A stretch of DNA of 55,926 nucleotides, filler included, from Basidiobolus ranarum (GCA_040143965.1; 5 parts of 5 records of this genome joined end to end with filler, not necessarily neighbours in it); one strand, 5' to 3'. Shown: positions 1 through 13,954, counted from the whole stretch's first letter. Notes: a model not told the origin generated them from the letters alone. Numbers and translations are program-made.

Positions 1-143
1 AAGCTATATATGACTATATAGGTGTTTAGGCAATGCTAATTTCAACATCATCAATATTGAATACAGAAGTGGCACTGAAGACATCAGCCTAGTATCTGTT
101 GAAATTAGCATTGCCTAAACACCTATATAGTCATATATAGCTT
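1..143. repeat. 47-bp perfect inverted repeat (1-47 / 97-143) with 49-nt spacer at contig start
   Basis: AAGCTATATATGACTATATAGGTGTTTAGGCAATGCTAATTTCAACA at 1-47 is the exact reverse complement of 97-143. Confidence 0.95.
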
Positions 144-1877
144 AGTATTTAGTTATCCTATATTGAACTAAGATATCACCTCAAGAGGAATTTACTTAGA
201 AGTTCTCAGATATATAGATTTTGATAACTTGTGCTAGAAGTCCCAAACTTTGCACACATGTTCCTGTGAGCTTCCTTAACACATTCTACACGTTAGCTTG
301 TTTACATCGTGACAAAACCATAAATGTCAACTTTCTACTCAATAAATCAATAAGTGAAAAACCACCAATTTCTCTAATTCTCCAAACCACTTCCAACAGG
401 CTCCCAAATACTTTAACATAGTTATCACACAATTGAGGATATGTGACTAAACTTAAAAAGGTACAATATGTATTCGTATGCTTCCCCAACTCACTGCTCA
501 CTATTTTCTCAGTAAATATCATTCAGATGGATGATTTATATACATTCCTAGTTACCAGCTACATTTGTTGATGACCATCCATCCATTGCTGATACTTGAA
601 CCCATGATATCATCTTTATTATCTTATACAGCAGTATTCAAGTCAATGGTAAATAACTACTTACTCCCCATTAGGTAAGGATTTAGTCTCTATGTTATCC
701 ATCAATTATGTATCACCAAATATTATAACCAGCAATATATAACCAATTGCCATTGTACTTGTCATAATGGTTCTAGATTTAACTACGCTTTAATAAATAC
801 ACTTGTTACCTCTGGAAGTAAATATTCATCATCTGGACAAAACAGGAATCCCATTTTGTTCAGTGTAATACCTGGATCATCTTGAAGTGCATTTTTCAAT
901 TTACAAATATATCATTCATTTAGCCCCTGTAGAACAAACCTACAAGAGGCTCGGTTTGTTCAACACATCATAGGTATTGCTACATATTTGGTAAAAAAAC
1001 CGAGGAGTCGCTTGAACAAATATTACCCACTAAGACTAGTAAAGAAATTCCATTAAAATAAGATTGGTTTGATTGGAGTTGTCTTTACTCCGAAAGATTG
1101 AAGAAATAAAAACAAATGCAGGCTTTAATAAAAGCTCTCACATATTAAACTAAAGAGTGGTATTGTCTAAAGCTCTGCGATAGAAACGAAAGGTAGATAT
1201 TGAATTTATATTGGGAGTCTATGATTAAATGGACTACCAAAGAAACTGATTACTATCGGCTTTTTATACTTGCCAAAAATCATACGTTTCTTGGGTATGC
1301 TTCGAGAAAAAGAATATTCTCATTTTTCATCTAACTACTTAGAGGGCGTGCGTAACCTCTTCTGTTTATCATGTTATGGTGCTACGATTGATTAACCTAA
1401 TCAAAGATATCATCTACGTCCTCTGGCTGTATTCCAAGTATAAATATAAGAGTAGTCTCTTGAAAACTCTTTTATGAGATATGGAGATCCTTCACATAGT
1501 AATTACACTACATAACCGACTTTGTTAAGTTCATCGATTGTAAAATTATTTACAGAATCGAAAGAAAAATCACAGATAAATACGCAATCCCTGATGATTT
1601 GGGGAATGTTGCAAACCATATGCTAAATGAAAGACGAGTCGGAGTTTATAATGCTAAGAAATGAAGAGCTTCTCCAAAATGCAGATATGTGGTCGAGGTA
1701 TCCTAATACTGGTGAGGCCTCATCAGAAACGATTCAAGAAGCCATATTATGTGGATATGCCTTTATTCACCCAGCTTAAATACTGTAAATAATGAATTTG
1801 GTTAAATTGATAAAATGCTAGAATTTAATAAATTCATCTTGAAACGGATTGAAATTTTGCAAAGCAGCAAGCACGAT

Positions 1878-2276
1878 TTAATGGTGTTCACCGTGAGCGG
1901 TTTCTTGGTGATGCTCTGTAGAAACCATTGTTAATGAAATGGATATAAAAATTATATACTCCTATTGCAATAACTTACTGTAGTGAAGTCCAATGTGGAT
2001 GGCACCAACGAGAAGCATGGCATGAATGAAAGGTGTGAATGAAGCATTTTCTCCTTCCCAATATTTGGCACGATAACGAGCAAGTAGACCACGAGGCTTG
2101 GTAGCTTCAGCAGCACCTTTAGGAATTCTCTTGTAAAATTCAACTAAACCGCTCAAGTCACTGCTACCAGACTCTGCCTTAGGAGCAGCAGACTTAACAG
2201 CAGCTCCAAGATTGGGAGGAATGTAAGATCTAGTAGAATAAGCTCTACGAGCGACGGTACCAATGATGGAGTTCAT
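1878..2276 (-). CDS. ATP17: Mitochondrial ATP synthase subunit f (2 exons, intron 1916-1978)
   Basis: Presequence-like ARRAYST, then IPPN..VEFYKRIPKG..GLLARYRAKYWEGENASFTPFIH, typical of fungal subunit f. A GTAAGT..CTACAG intron gives the C-terminus HYKHHQETAHGEHH*. Confidence 0.9.
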
Positions 2277-3169
2277 GTTGAAGTTAATGTGCAACAAGCA
2301 AAAAGAGCAACAAGGCCTGGAAATAAATGAACCACACCCTAACTTTGGTCCTTAGTCACTTCCAATCAATGTCTGGCCATGATTTTGATAACAGTGGGGA
2401 AGGAATGGCCTGTTTGGGGGCTACAATTAACTCTAATCCTAGATCTTCTACGAAAATGAACCATATTTTTTGGGGTGGAGTGGAGGGTAAGATTTAAACA
2501 AGAAACCGATCTGTTAGCTTAAACGTGGTGGTTTCTGGACCAATTTGCTGTCATCATCATTTTAACATCTAGTATACGCTATGATATCACACAAAGGAGA
2601 CGGAATATGTTCAACCACTCGTTCAGGGCGTTTGTCATGTATCCAATATACACACGTTAAACTCGCCAGTAGTTATTTCTAAACAATTTCTTAAATAGAA
2701 TATGGAATTTATTGGTAACCCACTTTGATACATTGAATTGATCTAACTCAATTCCTACATTTCAACCTACATCATTGAAGCTATCTGTTAGGTGAGTTCA
2801 AGTGGATAACATAGTAAGTGCCTTATTCGAGGTAACAGATTTAGACTACCATGCTCACAAAGCCAGCGTTAGGCAATTTGATGATTCATGAGACCATTAT
2901 AATGTAATGTGCAATGAATCAAAATAGAGCAGAGATATTTACATAGACCGTGTACATATCATGGTAGGAGATGCCTATTGTTTTAATTCCTACTCAAGTC
3001 CACCATCAAGAAATTTCATCTGAATAAGTATACATAGGCTAATATAAATTTACAAGCGTTGGCCAATCATTCAATACAAATATTTACTAGCAACAAGCTT
3101 TCAAAATATAGAAAATGATAGCGCTAATTTTTTAAGTTTTTGAAAAGCTACCTTGGATAGTTAAATACA

Positions 3170-4417
3170 ATGTCTTCCTTACTTGATGCCATCACCGATT
3201 CAAAACTGCAATCTTCTGTCACTAGTTATTTATCCTCACACCCAGAGGCACAACAACTGATTGATGATCTGATTCAACATTTTCTTTCAAAATCACAAGA
3301 CTCGCCTCAGCTGGGCAATCACGATAGCAAAAAACGCAAGTTGGATTCCAAAGAAATAAGAGATCTTACAGCTGAACCTACATGTATAATTCAGGATCTT
3401 TCCTTCCTCACACCGCGAAAGAAACTTAGCCTTGGCATCTCCAGTACATCCATTATTTTAAAAACCAAGGATGACAAAGTGGAGGGTACATATCCTCTCA
3501 AGTCAGTGAGACATGTGCTCTGTGTGCCTACACCCGACAAGCAAAAGCCACAATATACTTTCATTTTATTTAGTCAATGTGAAAATTCAAGCTTAACTAC
3601 CGATATGGAGGCCATTGTTTTCACTGTGGCCAATGATACCTCAGTACAAATGTCAGGGCGCGTTAACCAGATAGCTATGGACACCCTAACAGGAACAAAC
3701 AAAGAGCGCATCAGTCAAATTTTAGAAGAAGGTACTAACCGAAAAGTCACAGTCCCCGACTTCGATCTTTTTGAATCCAATGCGAAAATGGGACTTGCAA
3801 AGAGCGTCGGGAAAAGGGCACATATTAATTGTTATCTAAAATCCAAAGAGGGTCATCTTTACCTTTTGCCGAGCGGATTGTTTTTTGGTTTCAAAAAGCC
3901 ACTTATTTTTCTTCCAATTCACAGAATCGATGCTATGAACGTTCTTGGAATTACCTCTCGTACGTTCGACCTAGCCATCACTATGAAACCCAGCTCCTCT
4001 CCAGATACCACTCAAGATGAGGAGAAAGGCATTAACTACGAGTTCTCAATGATCGATTACAGTGAGTTTGATCCAATCATGGGGTACATCGACCATCAAA
4101 AGATCACTTCTAAAGCCTGGGAGGAATCTCAAGGAAAACCTGATATGGAACAAGCTGATGCTCAAGGTGATGTTGTTGGAGAGAAGAAAGAGGAAGATGA
4201 TGACGAAGAAGATGATGAAGATTTTTGTCCTGAAGACGACAATGAGGATGTAGCGGAGGAATATGATTCTGAACACGACTCTGAGAATAGTAATTATCAA
4301 GGATCCGACGACGACATGGCCGAAGTATCTGAGGAAGTGGAAAGTGTGAGCTTAAACGAATCTGAAGATGACGAGGAAGGTAACCCCGAAGCCTACGAAT
4401 TAGACGATGAATTTTAA
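3170..4417 (+). CDS. Rtt106/SSRP1-like PH-fold histone chaperone with acidic C-terminal tail
   Basis: 415-aa ORF containing CYLKSKEGHLYLLPSGLFFGFKKPLIF..ITSRTFDL..EFSMID, characteristic of the Rtt106 domain, an NLS-like KKRK and a D/E-rich tail. Confidence 0.85.
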   Translation: MSSLLDAITDSKLQSSVTSYLSSHPEAQQLIDDLIQHFLSKSQDSPQLGNHDSKKRKLDSKEIRDLTAEPTCIIQDLSFLTPRKKLSLGISSTSIILKTKDDKVEGTYPLKSVRHVLCVPTPDKQKPQYTFILFSQCENSSLTTDMEAIVFTVANDTSVQMSGRVNQIAMDTLTGTNKERISQILEEGTNRKVTVPDFDLFESNAKMGLAKSVGKRAHINCYLKSKEGHLYLLPSGLFFGFKKPLIFLPIHRIDAMNVLGITSRTFDLAITMKPSSSPDTTQDEEKGINYEFSMIDYSEFDPIMGYIDHQKITSKAWEESQGKPDMEQADAQGDVVGEKKEEDDDEEDDEDFCPEDDNEDVAEEYDSEHDSENSNYQGSDDDMAEVSEEVESVSLNESEDDEEGNPEAYELDDEF

Positions 4418-4759
4418 AGCAACTACTTGTACAGGGTTTGTATGTATCCCAATCATAGAGTTATAATTAATTTTGTCTTAGCCTATGTTCACTTATCCCT
4501 ATCAGTTACTTCTATTTGATAAGTCACGTTTGAATAGAGCTTTTTATGAGTGTAATAAAATTTGTCTACGATCGTTTGTTACTACTGCATAGATTTGACA
4601 GACACCACTATGCAAACACTTGTAACTGATGGTCATTTATGTAAAATCTGTGTTGGCTGTAAAATTGCCTTTTTCACCCAATGGAGTAGGAAATCGAATA
4701 GTCGAAAATCAACCAAGTTGATAATAAAATCCAGAGTTCATTCAACAAACATAGTAACC

Positions 4760-5813
4760 ATGCAACTTCACCCAGTTGAGAATCAGTCTAACCCTTTGCC
4801 TCTGAAAAAAAGAGCACCCAAGTTTAAAGGGTTGACTTTCCAATATAGCCCAAGTCCTGACGGAGTGGATGAGAACCTATTGATCTTTTTCCATGGTTTA
4901 GGTATACTTAGTCTATTTTCTTTGCGCCTTGACCACCTACTTACTGCTAAGTTTTTGTTTACAGGAGATACTGAGAAACCATTTTTTCAATTGGGACAAT
5001 CATTGAAGTTACCTCAGACTGCGATTATATCTATAAAAGCACCACACGCTATCCCTTACTTTGATGAGGGTACTCAATGGTATCCTTCGTTTGATCCTTT
5101 AGGAGATCGTAAGTGAGCACTTGAACTCAAACGCAAATACTTAATAACTTTTCTAACTTAATCACAGTTCTTACAAAAGATTCTCCACTTCGTTTACCCG
5201 GTCTTATTCAAACGCGTACAATCTTAAAAAAATTCTTCTTAGAGGAGCTGGTTGGCGTTTGTGGATATGATCTGCATAAGATGATTCTTTTTGGATTCTC
5301 CCAAGGTGCCACTACCGCGCTTGATTTAGTTGTACATGGTGGGGTGAATGTTAACTCTGTGGTTAGTATAGCTGGATATCTGCTCGAAGAGACTGAAAGA
5401 GCGTCCATTGAAGTTGGATTTGTTCAAAATACGAATGTATTGATCATTCAAGGAGATAAAGATGAAACTATTCCTCTTCGTGTTAGCCAAGAACGGGTAA
5501 GTACTTGGAAATGTTAAAGGAATTTTCTTACTTATCGCACAAGCTTTACATCAATATAGACTAAATACGTTCAGAGTAAGTTTGGCAAATCTCATGTGAA
5601 AGCGCACATGGTGACAAGAAAAAATCATGCGATGCCTACTGGACCGGTAATAAGATAAAAATGAAGCATTTGTGAAAATATAATTACTATTCTAACCTGT
5701 ATCTACTTGATAATTAGGGTGAGTGGCGACCGATCATGGAGTTTTTTGCGCAGAATTTGTCGAGGCGACAAGTCGAGCTAGAAAACGTATCGGAACTCTA
5801 CGAGGTCAAATAA
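4760..5813 (+). CDS. Phospholipase/carboxylesterase family alpha/beta hydrolase (multi-exon)
   Basis: NLLIFFHGLG|D, GFSQG nucleophile elbow, QGDKD and NHAMP joined by GT-AG introns; stop TAA at 5811-5813. Confidence 0.85.
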
Positions 5814-6795
5814 ACACAAACTATCAAATACTGAATATAGCATCATCCAAGTCCATAATTTCCATTCAGTACCAAAAATAAAATACAGTAAACAACGATA
5901 CTTAGGAAGTCTTGATACTAGGTATACATAAATTATTAAAAACATGTATATATTTGAATAGAAAATTGTGCATGGAACTTGAAAGTCACAAGGGTCATAG
6001 AGATGCGTAGCTTTCTAACCACTCCAATAATTCGCGTTTTGTCGCATAACAACTAGCTTTGATACCATATAGTTTTACGTTTTGCTTTATCTGCTCTGCA
6101 CTCGTTATTATTACTTCTCGGAGTTGGTTATAGTAATTGATTTAAACCTAACCGATTGCTGTCCATTGGGCCTGCTCATATGGTAGCGTCCCCCGTACAT
6201 ATTTACGAGGTTATGATTTCAAATCGAACGATGGTCTTTATGTAGAGAAATGTAAAAACTTTGATAGTTGCAAATTGAAAAGCTCCGCTACGATGATATT
6301 TGATTTAGACAACATTGACTTTACGAAAGCTAAGTAAAGTCTTCAAGTTGTAGTCAGTGTATATATATGAGTAACTTAAGGGTTCCAATCGAGCAATTTG
6401 GGAAACTAGGAAATTCAAATTTATTTATTAGAAGAAAAACAGTGAATCCAATGCTCAAAAATATATAACATCTGGTAACACTCTCGAAGATAAATGCTCT
6501 TGGCTGTTGAAGATAGTTTGCAAGATACAGGTAGTGGTGATCAATAAATCTACGATCATTTTTGCTTCCTTAGCTAATGGCAAGTAGGCATGTAAACATT
6601 GCCATACAAATTTGATTTATATTACATGAAATAAAAGAAGACATTTAAATCTAGACAGAAATCAGCAGAGAAAAATCAGGGGTTTCTGAGGAAAGGGGTT
6701 TCATTGGCCAGGGAAGATTTTTTCATCACTTTAATAGGAGTCTGGTGAGAGGGAAACGTTCTCTTTCTCTCTCGTTAAATCTCGTATTGCTCAAT

Positions 6796-6966
6796 ATGGC
6801 TCACGAAAACGTTTGGAACTCTCGCCCCCGTTCATACGGTAAAGGTTCTCGTCAATGCCGCGTATGCACCCATCGTGCTGGTCTCATCCGCAAATACGGT
6901 TTGGACATCTGCAGACAATGCTTCCGTCAATATGCTGCCGATATTGGATTCGCCAAGTACCGTTAA
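6796..6966 (+). CDS. RPS29: 40S ribosomal protein S29 (uS14)
   Basis: [48 protein letters not shown] is the canonical S29 zinc finger; intronless. Confidence 0.97.
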   Translation: MAHENVWNSRPRSYGKGSRQCRVCTHRAGLIRKYGLDICRQCFRQYAADIGFAKYR

Positions 6967-7859
6967 ATCTTTTTGTGTCGACTTCCGAGTATAATTTTTG
7001 TGTAGCTTTCCATTCAAACTCACAAAATAAAAACAACCCGATCTCTCGCTACAAATTCTCGTATGTTATTTCAATGGATGTGTAGGATGTTTCATTAGAT
7101 ATATGCTGCCAGATGTTCTCATCCATCCCTGTTTCATTTTCTGAGACTAGCCAGTCTTGAATTGATCATTCTCTGTAATATGCATGCGTGAGGTAACGCC
7201 ATATATGACATGGGCACTGGTTCAATCTCGTAAGTAAGTGACATAAAGGCCAGTACGTAAGAATATTGGCAGCAGTTGTCTTCAAAGAAGCCCAAGCACC
7301 TTGATGGTATAGACTGGTGCATATGCATGTGGTAGGGTTTTCTCATTTGAAAATTTACATACATTGCGGGTATATTGTGTGCTTGTAGTGGCAATATACT
7401 GCTTGCTAAATGATGTCGTTTTGAAATCCACTGTCTTACAATCTGTAGCATACAGAAGCGGGCTTTGTGACCTCACGGTGTGGTGGGTTCTGAGGAACAG
7501 GATCTAAATTTAGTATTATCTATATATCACAGTAGGGCCTCGAGCGGGCTGAAATTCATTCATTTATCGATCAAGTGGTCTTTGAAAGACATGGTAATAT
7601 AAATGGAAAGAATGTTGGACTATCAATCGTGCATAATATTGATTCCAAATTCATATTAAAAATCTTGTAATCGAAAAATACCAATTTGCTCATATGGGAT
7701 CTGTTTTGGGACTAATTCAACTACCCTAGATTTTTTCTCGATTTATTTCAATCTAGATACATTGCTTTGAAGCTTATCCATTGATTAGAATATAATTATA
7801 GTTCTCTATTTTCCCAACTTATCATAGTGTTTCTTACTTTCTTTCTCCTGTGATAAAGA

Positions 7860-8877
7860 ATGCTTCCTGCTGCTAAATATTCAGTCGTTATTTTAGGTGG
7901 AGGTGGGGTTGGGAAATCCGCAATAACTCTAAATTTTGTCCGCAAACAGTAAGATTATGAACCTTCTTTTATGACACAACGCTTCCAAACTAAACCTTAT
8001 ATCTTCTGTAGGTTTGTTGAAGAGTGAGTTTCCTTCTTGGTCCACCATCGAGCTTTATATTTTCTAAAATTTACCTTATTTTACTTACCTTCACAGATAT
8101 GATCCCACTATAGGTAATTGTATTCATACAGCTAATCTATACATCAACTTTACTTAATTTGTCAAGAATAGAGGATTGTTATTGTAAATCGCTTATTATG
8201 GACGGAGTAGAATATAATCTGGATATCACTGATACTGCTGGGCAAGAAGAATATCGGTATATGGAGACATTACAATTCCGTAGCTTGTCATAATTAAGTA
8301 TTTACAACCTCTACTTATAGCGGCTTGTTTGGTGATAAGTTCATGAGACAAGGTGACGGGTTTATTTGCGTTTACTCAATTAGTTCTCGAGACTCTCTTG
8401 AGGAGTTGGATTCTATCGTTCATCAAATTTATCGTGCCAAAGAGGGAGACCCAGTAAGTTCTAAATACTTGTGTAGTAACCTATTACGCACTCCCACATA
8501 TGTTGATTTTAGAATATTTACACATAGTGTCCAATCATTATTGTCGGTAACAAATGCGATTTGGAGCATCTACGTGAGGTATCCGTAGAACAGGGTAAAG
8601 CTTTTGCCCAACAGTCAAATGCTTTGTTTTTGGAAACAAGGTAATCCAAACGGACGTAATTAGACATATATAGACATAAGATAAGCTTATCGATTTTACC
8701 AATATCTATCCATTAAGCGCGAAAACCCGAATCAACATCGATGAGACATTTGAACATATTGTTCGCGAGATTCGCCGACAAGCTGAATCTTCAGCATCTA
8801 GTAGCAAACCAATCCCACAATTCTCTACTCTTGACACACATAGCAAAACCAAAAGCTCATGCTGTATTGTTCAATGA
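7860..8877 (+). CDS. Ras-family small GTPase (7 exons, including 12-nt and 17-nt micro-exons)
   Basis: The spliced product has GGGGVGKS (G1), YDPTIED (G2), DTAGQEE (G3), NKCD (G4), ETSAK (G5) and a CAAX end CCIVQ*. Confidence 0.93.
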
Positions 8878-10183
8878 TTGACTTACATTCTACCTCATTG
8901 TTTAATAATGTAACTATGCTTCGCTCCATGTTTAATAGCTTCACGTACCATTCTACTCTTGCTGAACACTTAGATATAACGTCAGTTAGTCTGTAACTTG
9001 ATCTGCTTTGACTGTAGTAAAATGAAAATCCATTGCTGACATCCTGAATATACTCCATGATATTAGCGTATAGTTGCAGCCGGTTGCTCAATATTAAATA
9101 TCCGAGTATTGAAATGGTGACATCTAAGACATTTCGACTGCGAAACAATTTATTATGGCTGTGTGGGAAGGTAGATACAAATTCGGACCGGTAGTTAAGC
9201 AATCATATTTATGATATCATCAGTTTACGAAGATGGGCACAGCGCCTCTGACAGCGGCAACACTAGTGGTAGAGACTGGCCAAGCCCATCAGCCATGGCT
9301 TTACGGCAATCAGGACATTCTCAGATACCAACAGATTAGCGTTCCACCGAAAACTTACCACTAATGTGCAAGTATACTTAGCATGCTGGATAATTTGTAT
9401 CTACATCAGCTTTCCGAGAGAAGCGAGCGAGCAGTGTACTTTCCAACAACTTGATCGTTACTAGTGTGTTAGACCTACTTTAGTATGGCTTCTCATGATA
9501 TTGTCATTTGTTCTTGGCTACACATAGATATTGATTCGAGGCTGACTGTACTTCATTAGTGTGATTGAAGGGAAAACTAGATAATGCTAATGGATGGATA
9601 AAGCTACGTGGTGATTGTGTTAGTACTAACCATTTCGACTACAGATCTTCACAAGAATGAAAGAGGTAATTTGGGAGGTGGGATTTCGATAGATTGCCAA
9701 AACCTTTGAGGTGAACTGATTGGAGGATCTATGGGATTCATCATCACTTTACATTCCGGTTTTGAATAGTTGAGTTGAGGTGCAATGATGTATTCAAACC
9801 AGCTGGTCGCAGCATTAGAGGCCGAATGCACAACAACGTATCAAACCAAATGTTCACTACTAGTTTTTGGAATGATGTTCGTTCCTACATACACATCACC
9901 AGATTGGCTTTCCACCCATCTTATGTATCTTTTGTCCAACAAAACTATCAAATTTCATGCCACAAGTATCGACATCTATTCTGATCGATTAGCTGGATGG
10001 AGATGTCCCAAGCTGGATTGTCACAGAGTTTGATCGCCATCGGGACAATTCAATCTAGGATAAAAATCTGTAACACGGATCGAACCATGCGAAACACCAT
10101 TTGTTTGCAAAATCATAATTCATGTCAAATAAATATGACTGACAAGCAATCTATCATTTCGAAAGCATATCCTTTTGATCAGT

Positions 10184-11132
10184 ATGGGTGGTTATTTTGC
10201 TCGCGCTTTCATTCTGGCTATCTTGGCTATTAGCGTGACTTGCGGTGTCGATGTCAATCTCCCCAGCCCAGCGAAACCCTGCTCCAAGTTGATGGTTAGA
10301 CGGGAGATACGTCAATTAAATGACAACCAACTTCATGAATTTCTGGATGCGCTAAATGCCATGAAAACCAGCGGTGCATATGATGAATTTGTTCAAATAC
10401 ATGCTAAATACATCAAAAAATATCACCGCACCCATAACTTTTTATTATACAATCGAGCATTCTTGTTGAAGTTTGAAAAAGCATTAAAGACCACCAATCC
10501 TCACTTGAATCTCACCATCTGGGTAAATTCTTAGATATGGGTTACAATACTGTTTGAAACTGATTTATTCTGACGCTTATTACAGGACTGGAGTAGGGAT
10601 ACCTTTTCACCAGAGAATAGTCGCATCTTTACTATCTTTGGAGGTAACGGTCGCAAGAAGGATAACTGTGTAGGTGACGGGTTAGTGAAGAACTGGAAAG
10701 CGCACTATCCTACCGGTCACTGTATTAAACGGAACTGGGATCTGGGCAACAAAATCAAATCTTTCCCTCCTCCAGAATATATCAGAGCAATCATCGTTCG
10801 ATCCAAGACATGTGCTTTGCTAAACGAACAGGTGGATTTGGTTATACGCCATGTTCACCAGTCGATTGGCGGGGACTTGTATGATGTGGTGACAGCAATC
10901 AATGAGTAAGTGTTGAGATTGTTATGCTTTTACAATGGAGAAGTTAGTATCACTTACATGCTTTAGCCCTCTATATATTTTAAGTGCAGCCTTTGCAGAT
11001 AGAATTTTTGCCGATTGGGAAAAGATTCATGATCCCGAAAGTCTATTCAAATACGACTATAAGCGTGACGAACTTATCGAACCTTTTGGAATGAAGATCA
11101 AGGATTTAGGCAACACTCAGAGTCAGCCACTG
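10184..11132 (+). CDS. Secreted tyrosinase-like (di-copper centre fold) protein with degenerate Cu ligands; 3' truncated by gap
   Basis: Signal peptide, RREIRQL, YDEFVQIH, W|DW, GGNG..CVGDG, HCIKR and ND|P..DRIF; introns 10523-10585 and 10906-10966. Confidence 0.85.
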
Positions 11133-11232
11133 NNNNNNNNNNNNNNNNNNNNNNNNNNNNNNNNNNNNNNNNNNNNTTAATTAATTAANNNNNNNNNNNN
11201 NNNNNNNNNNNNNNNNNNNNNNNNNNNNNNNN
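11133..11232. other. Artificial contig linker (N-run + TTAATTAATTAA + N-run)
   Basis: 100-nt spacer with a six-frame stop linker; the identical structure recurs four times. Confidence 0.98.
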
Positions 11233-11530
11233 TGGCGATGGTACCGAGGTTGTTGACAAGGTCAGCCTTGGTCATACCAATACCAGAATCGCGGATGATA
11301 AGAACCTTGTTCTCCTTATCAGGGGTGATACGAATGAAGAGTTCCTTGCAAGCATCAAGCTTGGAAGGATCAGTCAAAGATTCATAACGGATCTTGTCGA
11401 GGGCATCAGAGGCGTTAGAAATCAACTCACGAAGGAAAACTTCCTTGTTGGAGTAGAAAGTGTTGATGATCAAGGACATCAACTGGCTGATTTCAGCCTG
11501 GAAAGCGAAGGTTTCGGAGTTGTCAGACAT
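11233..11530 (-). CDS. HSP90: Cytosolic HSP90, N-terminal fragment (truncated at contig end)
   Basis: [66 protein letters not shown] signature. Confidence 0.97.
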
Positions 11531-12351
11531 TATTTTCCGGTTTAACTTACTTTGAAATAAAGAGAAAAGTAAAGAGAAATGCAACTTGCAGATGACCGTC
11601 GCTCACTAGTTTATAAAGGTTTTCACGTTTCGTTGTTTTCCTCCCCTGGCACCGCTAATGGTCCCAGATTCCATGGAATCAAATGGAACAAAATCATTCT
11701 AGTATATTCATATTTGCTTGATCACTCTAATGATGACCACAACGCACGGAAAGATCATCCAGTTGGTACGAATCTTTTTTTCTGCACTATTTTTTTTCTT
11801 GATTACTCGACATCTCGATTGTATTGCGGGAAATTCCCAGGTATTTCCACAAGAATCTCCATATTTTTTGGGTAACATTTTGGATTGACAAATAACCTAA
11901 CACCAATAGAAAGAAATAGAAGACTCCTTTTTGTCGCTTGCCTATTGGTCAGTAAACGCTTTCAACATAGATCTTTATTTATCATTGGGTACAAATGAAA
12001 TTCACTCTCTGTAACCGATAGAAATTGCTAGAAATTACCAGAACAACACGTATTCTCATCGATTGCACTAGCAAGTTCTAGTAAAGCAGTTAGGAGACAA
12101 TGCTTGTCTCTCAGGTCACGTGATATGTCGAAATTATGCTTGCCGATATTGAAGAGCAACTTGGAAATGATTCTATTGAGACGCAGTAATTTTGTTTTGA
12201 TAAGAATTCTATGTTTATGTTTATATTTCATCGTATTCCAGGAATAGAGAGGTTAGATAACAATGATTGATAAGATATATGCATGGATGTTTAATCAAAG
12301 TGATAGCGTATGAGCATGAGTGAATGTAATTCTTTTCGAAAGTTAATCAAC

Positions 12352-12813
12352 TTAGAGTTGTAGTAAGAATACTAACAAAAGGAAGTAGGCTGGAAGTACT
12401 AACAAAGTCGTAGCAACTGTATATTTCCCACTGGTTTTAAATGGAATATGCATATCCAAGTCATGACTAAAGGTTCGACGTCTCATGGTACCAATCAACA
12501 GCATTCCGATACCTAATGCGATATAGACTAAGCCAATCTTGTAGAATTCGTTGGTAAACACTCGAAGTACAATAACACCAGAACCGAATGCACTCAGGGC
12601 TGAGCGCCAATACGCTCCATCAAAAGTACGCTCTCGAGCTTATAAATTTCACAATGAATATACGAAAAGGAGTTAGCTCTTGTATGGATGGAGGTGATAT
12701 TATTTTTATTAAATAGCTACTTGATGTAAAAATATATAGTGGGAGAAATTACCTCTTACTTCTAGCAGTTCATCATCGGTAAGACCACATATACTATCCG
12801 TATAATTTGCCAT
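12352..12813 (-). CDS. DUF202-type small membrane protein (2 exons, intron 12639-12752)
   Basis: Spliced ELLEVR|ARERTFDGAYWRSALSAFG..FYKIG followed by hydrophobic helices, matching the fungal ARxRTFxGAY DUF202 pattern. Confidence 0.75.
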
Positions 12814-13215
12814 TCTTTCTAAAATTTTTGTTAAAGGGTATCTGGCGTGGCAATGGTCATTATATTATAGGAATTAAAGAGTTTAGTCAATATGACAGTT
12901 TTTTTCGAGCCGGCGAAATATTTAGTTTAATTTCTAAATGAAGTATAAAGTATCATGTTCATAATTACAAATTGTGATGAATAGAAATATACATGAGAGC
13001 ATAGTGAAGCTACCCGACATATATGGAAAGTATACGGATACAATTACGGATAAAAATACGGCTAAATTTGGTCTATACCAGGCGACTTGTTAAGGAAACA
13101 AAAGATCACTCATAAACGTACATTTTCACGCCCTTTCCCGTCCTTTTTATTATCATTTAAGTTAGCGTGAAACAAATAATCAATATCTATAAAGACGACC
13201 ACCACGGTGAAACCT

Positions 13216-13954
<739 letters not shown>

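Noticed and set aside
11133-11232. TTAATTAATTAA palindrome recurring about every 11.2 kb
   Set aside because: Embedded in N-runs; an artificial six-frame-stop contig linker, not biology.
11828-11862. Heat-shock element upstream of HSP90
   Set aside because: Only degenerate GAA/TTC units; no clean triple nGAAn array.
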